Positions 12,101 through 23,925 of a stretch of DNA of 64,000 bases are shown in pieces. This DNA is from Macrostomum lignano (lineage: Eukaryota). The position numbers were made by a program, and so were the translations under genes. Where the stretch lies: assembly GCA_002269645.1 (NCBI GenBank), contig NIVC01001095.1:124001-188000 (forward strand), in the 5' to 3' direction. Under the pieces are notes generated by a model. The model had not been told where the DNA came from, did no database searches, and saw only the letters and a list, made by a program, of their open reading frames with translations. Within the stretch, counting starts at the first letter, position 1. The number at the start of each line of letters is the position of its first letter.

Positions 12101-14242
12101 GCACCCTTCATGCTTATGTGTATGCATCTAGTTGCACCCTTCATGCTTATGTGTATGCATCTGTAGTTGCACCCTTCATGCTTATGTGTATGCATCTAGT
12201 TGCACCCTTCATGCTTATGTGTATGCATCTGTAGTTGCACCCTTCATGCTTTTGTGTATGCATCTGTAGTTGCACCCTTCATGCTTATGTGTATGCATCT
12301 AGTTGCACCCTTCATGCTTATGTGTATGCATCTAGTTGCACCCTTCATGCTTATGTGTATGCATCTGTAGTTGCACCCTTCATGCTTATGTGTATGCATC
12401 TGTAGTTGCACCCTTCATGCTTATGTGTATGCATCTAGTTGCACCCTTCATGCTTATGTGTATGCATCTAGTTGCACCCTTCATGCTTATGTGTGTGCAT
12501 CTAGTTGCACCCTTCATGCTTATGTGTGTGCATATAGTTGCACCCTTCATGCTTATGTGTGTGCATATAGTTGCACCCTTCATGCTTATGTGTATGCATC
12601 TAGTTGCACCCTTCATGCTTATGTGTGTGCATATAGTTGCACCCTTCATGCTTATGTGTGTGCATCTAGTTGCACCCTTCATGCTTATGTGTATGCATCT
12701 AGTTGCGCCCTTCATGCTTATGTGTGTGCATCTAGTTGCACCCTTCATGCTTATGTGTGTGCATATAGTTGCACCCTTCATGCTTATGTGTGTGCATATA
12801 GTTGCACCCTTCATGCTTATGTGTATGCATCTAGTTGCACCCTTCATGCTTATGTGTGTGCATCTAGTTGCACCCTTCATGCTTATGTGTATGCATCTAG
12901 TTGCGCCCTTCATGCTTATGTGTGTGCATCTAGTTGCACCCTTCATGCTTATGTGTGTGCATATAGTTGCACCCTTCATGCTTATGTGTGTGCATATAGT
13001 TGCACCCTTCATGCTTATGTGTATGCATCTAGTTGCACCCTTCATGCTTATGTGTATGCATCTAGTTGCACCCTTCATGCTTATGTGTGTGCATCTAGTT
13101 GCACCCTTCATGCTTATGTGTGTGCATATAGTTGCACCCTTCATGCTTATGTGTGTGCATCTAGTTGCACCCTTCATGCTTATGTGTGTGCATATAGTTG
13201 CACCCTTCATGCCTTTTTTATACAGGTAGTTGCTTACGAAAGTTGTTGCACCCTTATTCCCTTGGCCGTGTTCTTTCTATACTCTTGGAGATGTTTACGA
13301 GTTGAGAAGTCAATTGATGATAAATGAAACAGGAATTAATTCGCTGTGCGAGGTCACCTGAGTGCGAGCCATATGCAGCACCAGAGCCTCTCGGCCGTAG
13401 ATGCAAGCGTAGCCCAAAGCGGTGCGGCCAAGGTTGTCTTTGAGTTCAAGATTTGGTCCGGCTTTTAGCAAAGCTCTGGCTATCGCCATGGCAACGGGCT
13501 GACAGTCGAGCAGGCAGCAGAGCATTAGTGGCGTCCGGCCAAACACCTGGTAGGATTGAATGAAGATGACGCGTTGATATTACCTGTTGGGATGATGGAC
13601 TTACACTGCAGACACTGGTGTGAGCCGTTGGGATGACGTACTTACACTACAGACACTGGTGTGAGCCGTTGGGATGACGTACTTACACTACAGACACTGG
13701 TGTGACCTGTTAATATGACAACCCACTTACACTACAGACACTGGTGTGACCTGTTAATATGACAACCCACTTACACTACAGACACTGGTGTGACCTGTTA
13801 ATATGACAACCCACTTACACTACAAACACTGGTGTGACCTGTTAATATGACAACCCACTTACACTACAGACACTGGTGTGACCTGTTAATATGACAACCC
13901 ACTTACACTACAAACACTGGTGTGACCTGTTAATATGACAACCCACTTACACTACAGACACTGGTGTGACCTGTTAATATGACAACCCACTTACACTACA
14001 GACACTGGTGTGACCTGTTAATATGACAACCCACTTACACTACAGACACTGATGTCACCTGTTTGAAAATCATCATCCCAAAAAGGGCATAACGCATAGA
14101 ACCGCTGGCTCACCTCCTGACTATCAACACTGGCATCGCAGCGCTCAACCAGCAGTCGCACCTGGTCAGGCCGGCAGTCCAGCACAGCCTGATGCAGAGC
14201 CGTATAGACCAGCTTCTGTTGCTGCGGCGGTCGCCAGGGCAT
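9157..14242 (-). CDS. Ankyrin-repeat protein (loosely ANKRD63/ANKRD34-like N-terminal ANK block plus long low-complexity tail), 574 aa; exons 14242-14114, 13546-13358, 10931-10576, 10207-9157
   Basis: ANK consensus motifs 'TALHQAV', 'GRTPLMLCC', 'GRTALGYAC', 'GCTPLHHAA', 'GLTPLMLAC'. GT-AG introns with phases 0,0,2 join in frame; stop TGA at 9157-9159. Confidence 0.85.
11060..13215. repeat. 33/35-bp minisatellite (GTTGCACCCTTCATGCTTATGTGTATGCATCT[GT]A)n in ankyrin gene intron 2
   Basis: About 63 copies; explains the spurious 'VAPFMLMCMHL' ORFs. Confidence 0.97.
13590..14055. repeat. 44-bp minisatellite (ACTTACACTACAGACACTGGTGTGACCTGTTAATATGACAACCC)n in ankyrin gene intron 1
   Basis: About 8 near-perfect copies plus 2 diverged left-hand copies. 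Confidence 0.95.
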
Positions 14243-15139
14243 TAGCGGTGTGGGTAATGCACAACTGCAGGCAAGACGCAGCTATTTTATTTGACTAAAG
14301 TCTTTAAACCAGAAATCTCTCTATCTGTTTTGCATAGAACTCGAGAGTCCATATATAATTATTAGGGGTCTGGCTTGGAGTAGCTTGAGCTTGCTTTTGT
14401 ACTTAGGGGGTTAGCAACTATAACTGCTGGGGCGCTTAGCTGTCCTGCAGTTCGAGAGATTCGCAAGTGTCTGCGTGTGTGCATCTGTGTTTAAATTGTC
14501 TGTGCCTTCCATTCATTCTTCTGAGTCGTGTTAGTGTAGCCGCTTGATTATGCTCTCACCCTAAATAGGTGCATCTTCTAAATAACATACACCAGATAGA
14601 ATGGGTTAGAGCTGATCAACTGTTCTCTAGTTTGCTCACTTCTATTTGCCCTACTCTCTCGGTATGCGAGCTATTAAGCTTAATATTCTACTTGAAGTAG
14701 CACGATGATATTAGTAAGCTACATAAATATGTGAATTTATTAATCTTAATCAACAGTAAGCAATCAAAAATCTAAGTCTAAATAATAATATGACAAAGTA
14801 CAATTGTCGATTCGAAGTACAAGTTTAATTAAAAGGAAATAAATATTGCTTGGTAATTATCCAAGTTAGTGCATGTATACTATACATAAATGAACTACAC
14901 ATAATATCTGCTTGAGCATCGATAAGTTTCATCAGGATATTACTAGGATAGAAATATTACGAGTACTAGCTACTTTATACGCTCGCAGATTTCAAGACTT
15001 GAAGTAGATATAGCTTTACACTTTACGCCGGTTGTAAACAACTTAAACTCATTTTTAGTATATGGGAAGCTTCTAAGATAAGGGAGGAAGCTATGGAGGC
15101 TCTCTTTCATCGTACGCTTGTAAAATTGCTAACTGCTAA

Positions 15140-15475
15140 AGAATGTACATCACTATACATGTAAACTGAATTCAGGGGAGCCTATGGGTCGTAAAATTCC
15201 TGCCCCACATTCAATCATAAGAATGTACATCACTATAAACTGAATTCGGGAGAGCCTATGGGTCGTAAAATTCCTGCCCCACATTCAATCATAAGAATGT
15301 ACATCACTATAAACTGAATTCAGGGGAGCCTAAGGGTCGTAAAATTCCTGACCACATTCAATCCAAACAATGTACATCACTATAAACTGAATTCAGGGGA
15401 GCCTATGGGTCGTAAAATTCCTGCCCCACATTCAATCTAAATAATGTACATCATTATAAACTGCATGAATTCAGG
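15140..15475. repeat. ~74-bp tandem repeat (AATGTACATCACTATAAACTGAATTCAGGGGAGCCTATGGGTCGTAAAATTCCTG...)
   Basis: About 4.5 copies; period 74 between 15221 and 15295. Confidence 0.9.
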
Positions 15476-15670
15476 AGAGGCTAAAGGTTCGTAAAATTAA
15501 GTTTCCTCGAATTTAGTCGAGAGACTGTACATTATCTTGGACTTAATGGGGGGAAGGCTACGGGTCCTTTCATCTTAACTACATTCTCAAATGTACATTG
15601 CTTTACATCATATTGAAACTATTTGCAGCCAATCAGAAAAAAAGGCGGCATTTTTAATCACGGAACCAGA

Positions 15671-18628
15671 TTATATTATATTCAATGCCGTCTGGCGCTG
15701 CCAGCAGCTGGCTCGGACGGCTCGAGTTCCAGGCGTCGACGCAGTCGCTGACCGGCCGAGTCGAGCAGTCGTGGCGCCTCCTCCAGTATGAGATTGACAA
15801 GCTCTGCGTTCGCCGCCGCCGCCGACGATCGAGCAGTGAGCAACTGGCGCTGCAGTCTGAGGGCGCATTCTAATCGAATTATTCGACGATTTTTCTCTTC
15901 TAGTAGGGCTTGCAGACTCCGATGTCGCTGAGCGCACCTGCGACACGGCGCCTCCTGCTGAGCCGAGCAAATGACGGCAAGTTACTGATGCCTTGCACAA
16001 TGAAAGTCATTTACCCGATTCACAATTCCCGATTCCCGATTCCCGATATCCGATTACCGGTACCCAATACCCGATTCCCAATACCCGATTCCCAATACAC
16101 GATTCCTGATACCCGATTCCTGATACCCGATTCCTGATACCCGATTCCTGATACCCGATTCCCGATTCCCGATACTCGATACCCGATACCCGATACCCGA
16201 TACCCGATACCCGATTCCCGATACCTGATACTCAATTCTCGATACCCGATACCCGATACCCGATTCCCGATACCCGATTCCCGATACTCGATACCCGATA
16301 CTTACCGGAATCATTTCGGACATCACATTTCCAGACACAAATCATTCCGGACATCACACTTCCAGACACAAATCATTTCGGACATCACATTTCCAGACAC
16401 AAATCATTCCGGACATCACACTTCCAGACACAAATCATTTCGGACATCACATTTCCAGACACAAATCATTCCGGACATCACACTTCCAGACACAAATCAT
16501 TCCGGACATCACATTTCCAGACACAAATCATTCCGGACATCACGATTCCAGTTTAAAAGAACCCAAACACTTCTAACCTCATCAGCCACCGAGTCATCTC
16601 GGGTATCGCCTGCCTCGGTCATCAACGTCGTCGGCTTCAACCCTGAAGCCGCAGGGTCCGACGCCAGTGCCGCGGGAGCCGTCCGGACGCTCAATCTTCC
16701 GTCAATGCCGCCGCCGCCACCGCCGCCGCCACGTCGCTCTGCCAGGCTGTCCAACCGGAAGCTGAGCGCGTCGACCTGCCGTTCGGCACCGTCCATCAGC
16801 AGCCGGTCAGCGAGTTCGTGCAGCGGCCCCGGCTGCCAGCGGAGCACCACGACGGGCAGCTGGCGACCGCCGGCCAGAGCCTTGTGACCGGCCGACACGA
16901 GCCGGGTGAGAAACTCGTGATAGTTGTCTGCCCTGTCCAGGCACTGGACTCCGCACCACTCCAGTATGAGGTCGCCGAATTGCAGCGCCGGTGACGCGTC
17001 GGTGATCACCTGCAGGCAGGGCACCTGCCAGGGGCCGAGGCGGCTGCAGTTGATTGGGGATTTTGGGTGCGATGTTGAACTCAGGATTCATTTGGGAGGA
17101 TGTGAGAAAATGGGAGAGAATTGAGATAGGAGAGAAGGGGAGATGGGAGAAAAGTGGAGATGTTAGAGAAGGGGAGATGGGAGAGAATGAGATGGGAAAG
17201 AAGGAAGATGGGAGAGTGCGGAGAGAAGGGAGATGGGAGAGAATAGAGATGGGAGAAAAGAGAGATGGGAGAGAAGAGAGATGGGAGAGAAGGGAGATGG
17301 GAGAGAATAGAGATGCGAGAGAATGAGATGGGAAAGAAGGAAGATGGGAAAGAAGAGAGATAGGAAAGAAGAGATATGGGAGAGAAGAGAGATAGGAGAG
17401 AAGGGGAGATGGGAGAAGAGTGGAGATGTTAGAGAAGGGGAGATGGGAGAGAATGAGATGGGAGAGTGGGGAGAGAAGGGAGATGGGAGAGAAGGGAGAT
17501 GGGAGAGAAGGGAGATGGGAGAGAAGGGAGATGGGAGAGAAGGGAGATGGGAGAGAATAGAGATGGAAGAGAAGGGAGATGGTAGAGAATAGAGATGGGA
17601 GAGAAGGGAGATGGGAGAGAAGGGAGATGGGAGAGAAGGGAGATGGGAGAGAAGGGAGATGGGAGAGAATAGAGATGGAAGAGAAGGGAGATGGTAGAGA
17701 ATAGAGATGGGAGAGAAGGGAGATGGTAGAGAATAGAGATGGGAGAGGAAAGATGGGAGAGAAAGGAGATGGGAGAGAAGGGAGATGGGAGAGTGAGGAG
17801 AGATGGGAGATGGGAGAGAATAGAGATGCGAGAGAATGAGATGGGAAAGAAGGAAGATGGGAGAGAAGGGGAGATGGGAGAGTGGGGAGATGGGAGAGTG
17901 GGGAGATCGGAGAGTGGGGAGATGGGAGAGTGGGGAGATGGGAGAGTGGGGAGATGGGAGAGTGGGGAGATGGGAGAGTGGGGAGATGGGAGAGTGGGGA
18001 GATCGGAGAGTGGGGAGATGGGAGAGTGGGGAGATCGGAGAGTGGGGAGATGGGAGAGTGGGGAGATCGGAGAGTGGGGAGATGGGAGAGTGGGGAGATG
18101 GGAGAGTGAGGAGATGGGAGAGTGGGGAGATGGGAGAGTGGGGAGATGGGAGAGTGAGGAGATGGGAGAGTGGGGAGATGGGAGAGTGGGGAGATGGGAG
18201 AGTGGGTAGATGGGAGAGTGGGGAGATGGGAGAGTGGGGAGATGGGAGAGTGGGGAGATGGGAGAGTGGGGAGATGGGAGAGTGGGGAGATGGGAGAGTG
18301 GGGAGATGGGAGAGTGGGGAGATGGGAGAGTGGGGAGATGGGAGAGTGGGGAGATGGGAGAGTGGGGAGATGGGAGAGTGGGGAGATGGGAGAGTGGGGA
18401 GATGGGAGAGTGGGGAGATGCTAGAATCACTGCACGGCCTCACCGCACAGCGATGTGCTGCGGCACCCTGTCCAGCATTACTGGCAGCAGAATCTGCACT
18501 CCATCATTGCGTAACAATCGAAAAAGTCGTCCCTGCAGCAGAAGCTGTTGCTGCTGCTGCTGCTGCTGAGGCTGCTTCTTGGCCTGCTTCTGATCGAGAT
18601 TCGATTCCGGCGGCATCTCAGCCATCAT
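15671..18628 (-). CDS. Uncharacterised protein with a divergent PDZ-like segment, 323 aa; exons 18628-18444, 17043-16578, 15991-15671
   Basis: Phases 2 and 0 join in frame (GTGAG donor at 18443, GTTAG donor at 16577). Segment 'PCLQVITDASPALQFGDLILEWCGVQCL' resembles the PDZ 'L..GD.IL.vNG' motif. Poly-Gln N-terminus. The start codon is uncertain. Confidence 0.65.
16020..16305. repeat. 6-7-bp simple repeat (CCCGATA/CCCGATT)n
   Basis: Read directly; inside PDZ-like gene intron 2. Confidence 0.9.
16306..16550. repeat. 31-bp minisatellite (AATCATTCCGGACATCACACTTCCAGACACA)n
   Basis: About 8 copies of two alternating variants. Confidence 0.95.
17100..18420. repeat. Purine-rich array: degenerate GA-rich part followed by 16-bp (GGGAGAGTGGGGAGAT)n
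   Basis: Fills PDZ-like gene intron 1; clean 16-mer from ~17870. Confidence 0.95.
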
Positions 18629-19109
18629 TTGCTGCAAAGTCTGGTTTTTCAACAGCAGGATTTGACAGCAGTTGCTTTGAGTAGCCAAAACTTTGAGTAG
18701 CAACGCCTTTATTTTGCTCCTTGGATCAGGGAGGTGAGTTTGATATTGGGGTTGGAAGGCGTAAAATTGCCAACCCCGTACGTTGCAGTCCCGGACTTTG
18801 GGAAGAAAGTGAGAGAGGGTGAAATAAAGGCTTTGCTGCGAGCAGTTGATCCCGCAAATCAATATTTCTGACCACCCCCCGATTGGGCTGAGCTCGCTGC
18901 TTCCTGCTGGTCTCGCGTGTCGGGAGTGTGGGCGGTAAATTCTTTATGGCTGGCTACATATAGCCCGGGTTTTACCAATCCTCTGTTTTAATTTTAAAGC
19001 AAATTTGCTACACTGGCTACTAACTGATGAATAAACCTACGATATTCTTGTATTATTCGATAAATAAGCTAAAATAATGCATTTTATTTACGGAAACATG
19101 GTTAACATC

Positions 19110-19505
19110 ACTCAGACAGACAGCACAGCTCATTGTGACAGACAGAATCGCTCATGGACAGCATCGCTCATAACCAGTCTCACTCATAGATAGCACCGCT
19201 CATAGACAGCACCGCTCATAGACAGCACCGCTCATAGACAGCACCGCTCATAGACAGCACCGCTCATAGACAGCACCGCTCATAGACAGCACCGCTCATA
19301 GACAGCACCGCTCATAGACAGCATCGCTCATAGACAGCATCGCTCATAGACACCGCTCATAGGCACCGCTCATAGACAGCACCGCTCATAGACAGCACCG
19401 CTCATAGACAGCACCGCTCAAAGACAGCACCGCTCATAGACAGCACCGCTCATAGACAGAACCGCTCATAGACAGCACCGCTCATAGACAGCATCGCTCA
19501 TAGAC
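19110..19505 (+). repeat. 16-bp family A array (CATAGACAGCACCGCT)n
   Basis: About 19 good copies plus diverged left copies; same unit as 20260-20480 and the reverse complement of 35985-37652. Confidence 0.95.
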
Positions 19506-20259
19506 CTCAGATGAAAAGCCAGTTCCATTATCCCAGTTCACCTACGTCAACACCAATCAATCAACAGTCCGCCACGCAGAGAATTGACACCCGTTGTGAT
19601 CATTCTCGCCCCCTTACGCTGCCCCGCCCCCAGTTGTTATTCCGACAGTTGAACCTTTTGTCCAATACTTCGCCATACAATCCGCAGTCTTTATCCGCCC
19701 TCCCGCCCGATCAGAGATTCCAGCCAGACAAATGGCCAAAGCTAACCCGCAGGTCAACAAACGTTGGTGTTGAAATCGTGGGTCAGCATTAGATTGTGTT
19801 TTCTCTTCCTTCTCTGTCTGCTTTCGCTATGCGGGACCAGCCGAAGGAAAAGAAGAAAAATTGACAACAGCAGCTGTAAGTGGAGTTGCGGCAGAAAGTG
19901 TGAGAGCCAAGCCGACCAGCATCTGCTGTCGCATAGCAAAAGATATCTATGTCGTCAAAGGACTTAACTCGCTTCCGTGTTCCCGCGTCCACCAAACCAT
20001 TTGACCGAACCCAAGCGGGCGCGAGGGGGAAGCGTGGAATGCAAGACCTCCCGCTGTTTCGAAGTGTGAAGTGTCTTGAATGAGGGGGTTGGGGCGCAGC
20101 GGGAATGCCACACGAAAGTGGTTTATCGCGGCAATTAATCTGCCGGTGAGGTCTTCCTTAACTTGCCGCTTTTGCTTTGACTGTCCCTGTCGGTTTGATT
20201 TGTATTATGGTGTATGGTAGATACTCTTGGCTTTTTTGCTCAGCTTTGCTGCTTCTATA

Positions 20260-20480
20260 TCGCTCATAGGCAGGCAGCATCGCTCATAGACAGCACCGCT
20301 CATAGACAGCACCGCTCATAGACAGCACCGCTCATACAAAGCATCGCTCATAGACAGCATCGTTCATAGACAGCATCGCTCATAGGCAGGCAGCACCGCT
20401 CATAGAGTACGGCTCATAGACACCTCCGCTCATGGAGTACGGCTCATACACAGCACCGCTCATAGACAGCACCGCTCATA
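20260..20480 (+). repeat. 16-bp family A array, short and diverged
   Basis: About 10 copies of CATAGACAGCACCGCT. Confidence 0.9.
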
Positions 20481-21117
20481 AACAGCATAGTGCACTGCTT
20501 TATTTTATCTCTCTTCGTAACATTTCAATGTCAATCTTTCTCGCGCAAGTGTTCAGTCCGTCGCAGATTTGCGGGATAATAGCGCTTTACTTTTTCAAAG
20601 CAGTTTTCAACTCAGATATTGATCGGTGTGGTCAAGCGCAAATTTGTGCAACAACTGTCCGAGTTCTCTGACCCCCCCGCGGGGAATCGCTGTGACCAGG
20701 GTACGCGGCCGGGGATTCTTCTAGACATCGCGGAGCCGCAAGCAAGTTTTGGTTCGCAGGGAAAACTTGGTGAAGCAAATATTTTTACTGAATGTTACCG
20801 GGGAGCGGGGGGACAGAGTTTTAAGAAATAGCAACAGAGAATGAATTGGTCTTTAAATGCGGCAACTGCTTCGAACTTATGGCTTCGAATCTTGATCTGT
20901 CACTTCTTCGTTTTTTTCTGCCTGGTTCCCAACTGGATACTGGCAGACAAAGCAAAGTTTTATCAGTTAGAAATGAAGTTCTGTAGTCAGAATATTTGAT
21001 TTGAAATTCTCTCTACTTGATTATAATGTAACTAATAGAGAAAGAGCCAATTAAAAACAGTCTGTTTGGAAGACTGCAGCTTGTTGGAACTGCGAGCTGT
21101 CCGCATATTTGACTTTT

Positions 21118-21663
21118 TTGTCTATGGCCGAGTGCCAGTGTTGTGTCAGTGGCTGCTCTATGTCTATGGCCGAGTGCCAGTGCTGAGTCAGTGGCTGCTC
21201 TATGTCTATGGCCGAGTGCCAGTGCTGAGTCAGTGGCTGCTCTATGTCTATGGCCGAGTGCCAGTGCTGAGTCAGTGGCTGCTCTATGTCTATGGCCGAG
21301 TGCCAGTGCTGAGTCAGTGGCTGCTCTATGTCTATGGCCGAGTGCCAGTGCTGAGTCAGTGGCTGCTCTATGTCTATGGCCGAGTGCCAGTGCTGAGTCA
21401 GTGGCTGCTCTATGTCTATGGCCGAGTGCCAGTGCTGAGTCAGTGGCTGCTCTATGTCTATGGCCGAGTGCCAGTGCTGAGTCAGTGGCTGCTCTATGTC
21501 TATGGCCGAGTGCCAGTGCTGAGTCAGTGGCTGCTCTATGGCTGAGTGCCAGTGCTGAGTCAGTGGCTGCTCTATGGCTGAGTGCCAGTGCTGAGTCAGT
21601 GGCTGCTCTATGTCTATGGCCGAGTGCCAGTGCTGAGTCAGTGGCTGCTCTATGTCTATGGCC
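21118..21663. repeat. 42-bp minisatellite (TCTATGGCCGAGTGCCAGTGCTGAGTCAGTGGCTGCTCTATG)n
   Basis: 13 units (two shortened to 36 bp); 12 carry TGCTGAGTCA. Confidence 0.97.
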
Positions 21664-21969
21664 AAAGTACCATATTGATCCAGTGCAAAGTCAGCGGGCT
21701 GTCTGTGGTAAACAATTGCTCACTTGGACTTGACATTTCAGGTCTCATAATGCTAAACACTTCTAAACAACTAGCGAATGTTTAATAACGAGCAGGCTTT
21801 TGATTCGAACTTCCATACCGGATGAATGACTCAGCAAATTGATATGCTCAAGTCTGAAATCTGAAATTCTTTGATGCAATATTACAGAGCTCTTGGAGTC
21901 CTTAAACGATCTTTCGAAATGGCAATATATCTGTGATTACTGTCTCTGTTTGCTTCTCTCCATCTCAGC

Positions 21970-21975
<6 letters not shown>

Positions 21976-22027
<52 letters not shown>
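21976..22027. repeat. (GA)n microsatellite
   Basis: About 26 GA dinucleotides. Confidence 0.97.
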
Positions 22028-22030
<3 letters not shown>

Positions 22031-23339
22031 GAGAGAGTAACCAGTTTTTAGACAAGCCGTCAACTCCAGAGTTTCGCCTGTTTGAAGAAGATTTCAAATC
22101 AAGAAGCTGGCTGAGATCCCGGCAACTTCTCGTTTTGCAATAAGAGAATTGCAAAAAATGAATTTCACTAAAATCCGGAGCCTTTGTAAGCCACGAGAGT
22201 AATAAAGGCCCGATCGGTAGCTATGCGAGTTTTCACATTATATGACGCCAACAGAGCCCTCGCACCCCATCTGTCCGCCTGTGCCTGCGAGCGCGTGTGT
22301 CATATTTAAAACGACCGAGCCCGAGCAGTTCAATATTTGTACAGTAAACATCATCAAAACAGGGGATTTCCTCATCCACACTCAGTTCTGTAGCTCCCCG
22401 GGCACACACTCCCCGGCTGCGTAAATATATATATCTGTTATCCGCAATATTGATTGGGAAGAAAGACTAAGACATAGAATAAAAAGCCCCATCCGATCCA
22501 CCTTAGAGACTAAAAACTTTCTAAAGCTTGTTAATTATAAAGACCGAGTGAAACAGAAGGTTAGAAGTTGGGCTTGGGGTTGAAAACAAAGGTGTGAAAC
22601 CAAGCTGGGAGAGCTGATGACCAAAGCAGAACATTTCTTGGGCTTCGAATAATGAATAGCTTGGCTGAGGCAGGCCTGCCTGCAGTCTGCTGTTGCAATG
22701 TTGACACAACTCCAAACACTTCCTGTATTCGAGTTCTGTTCCGCTAAAATTCCTGCAGAAAGATTGTTTTGCAAGCCGCTTTAATAAGGGGATCGCTTTT
22801 TCGGGTTGGGGGGGGTCCCCATAGCAACAGATCTGCCAGGCCGTTGAGGTGACACCGTGACAGGTTCCCCCGTATATTTTTATACGAGTTTAAGGTTGGC
22901 TGTGAAAAATATTTATTGCCAAAATTCGAGTGACGCCTTCAATAAGTTTTTCTCCTAGCCGCTAATTTCCGTCATGGAAGCTGTAAAAGCAGAAACCGAG
23001 GGGGTTCGGGCGGCATTCTTGGAGACCTTGCAGAAACGGAGTTTCGGAGCTTTGCCTGGTAAAAACGTGCAAAAACATGTCTGCTTTAATCCCCGTGAGG
23101 CTGCGCCAGGTGCGAGCCAGCTAGTTAAATATTGCCGCGACTTGGCGGCTTCCTAATTGTCCGGCTCGAGGAGGAGGACATCCGTGCGACATGACAAATC
23201 CCGGCTCGTATAATCTCAAATGGCACCTGCTGGGCGCAACTTTATTTGCCAATACAATCTGCGAAACACCATTGCTTCATCAATCACCGAGCTTTATCAC
23301 CTCGAATTTTTTGGAGACACTTGTTGGCTAGGTCGGCAT

Positions 23340-23925
23340 CTCTCACTCTCACTCTCCATCTCTCCCTCTCCTTCTCTCACTCTCCATCTCTCATTCTCCT
23401 TCTCTCACTCTCACTCTCTCAATCTCCATCTCTCATTCTCCATCTCTCATTCTCCTTCTCTCACTCTCACTCTCTCACTCTCCATCTCTCACTCTCCATC
23501 TCCCACTCTCCATCTCCCACTCTCCTTCTATCACTCTTCATCTCTCACTCTCATTCTATCACTCTTCATCTCTCACTCTCCATCTCTCACTCTCCATCTC
23601 TCACTCTTCATCTCTCACTCTCCTTCTCTCACTCTCCATCTCTCACTCTCCTTCTCTCACTCTTCATCTCTCACTCTCCTTCTCTCACTCTCCTTCTATC
23701 ACTCTTCATCTCTCATCTCTCCATCTCTCACTCTCCTTCTATCACTCTCCATCTCTCACTCTCCATCTCTCACTCTCTTTCTCTCACTCTCCTTCTCTCA
23801 CTCTCCATCTCTCACTCTCCTTCTCTCACTCTTCATCTCTCACTCTCCTTCTCTCACTCTCCTTCTCTCACTCTCCATCTCTCGCTCTCCATCTCTCACT
23901 ATCCATATCCATCTCTCACTCTCCG
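23340..23925. repeat. CT-rich degenerate simple repeat (CTCACTCTCCATCT-like)
   Basis: Read directly; related tract at 24488-24880. Confidence 0.9.

Noticed and set aside
11060-13327. Long ORFs 'VAPFMLMCMHL...' / 'SCTLHAYV...' (up to 318 aa)
   Set aside because: Stop-free frames of a 33-bp intronic minisatellite, with no splice or domain support.
22974-23156. 60-aa ATG ORF in a unique island
   Set aside because: Short, with no recognisable motif or splice partners; likely non-coding regulatory DNA.
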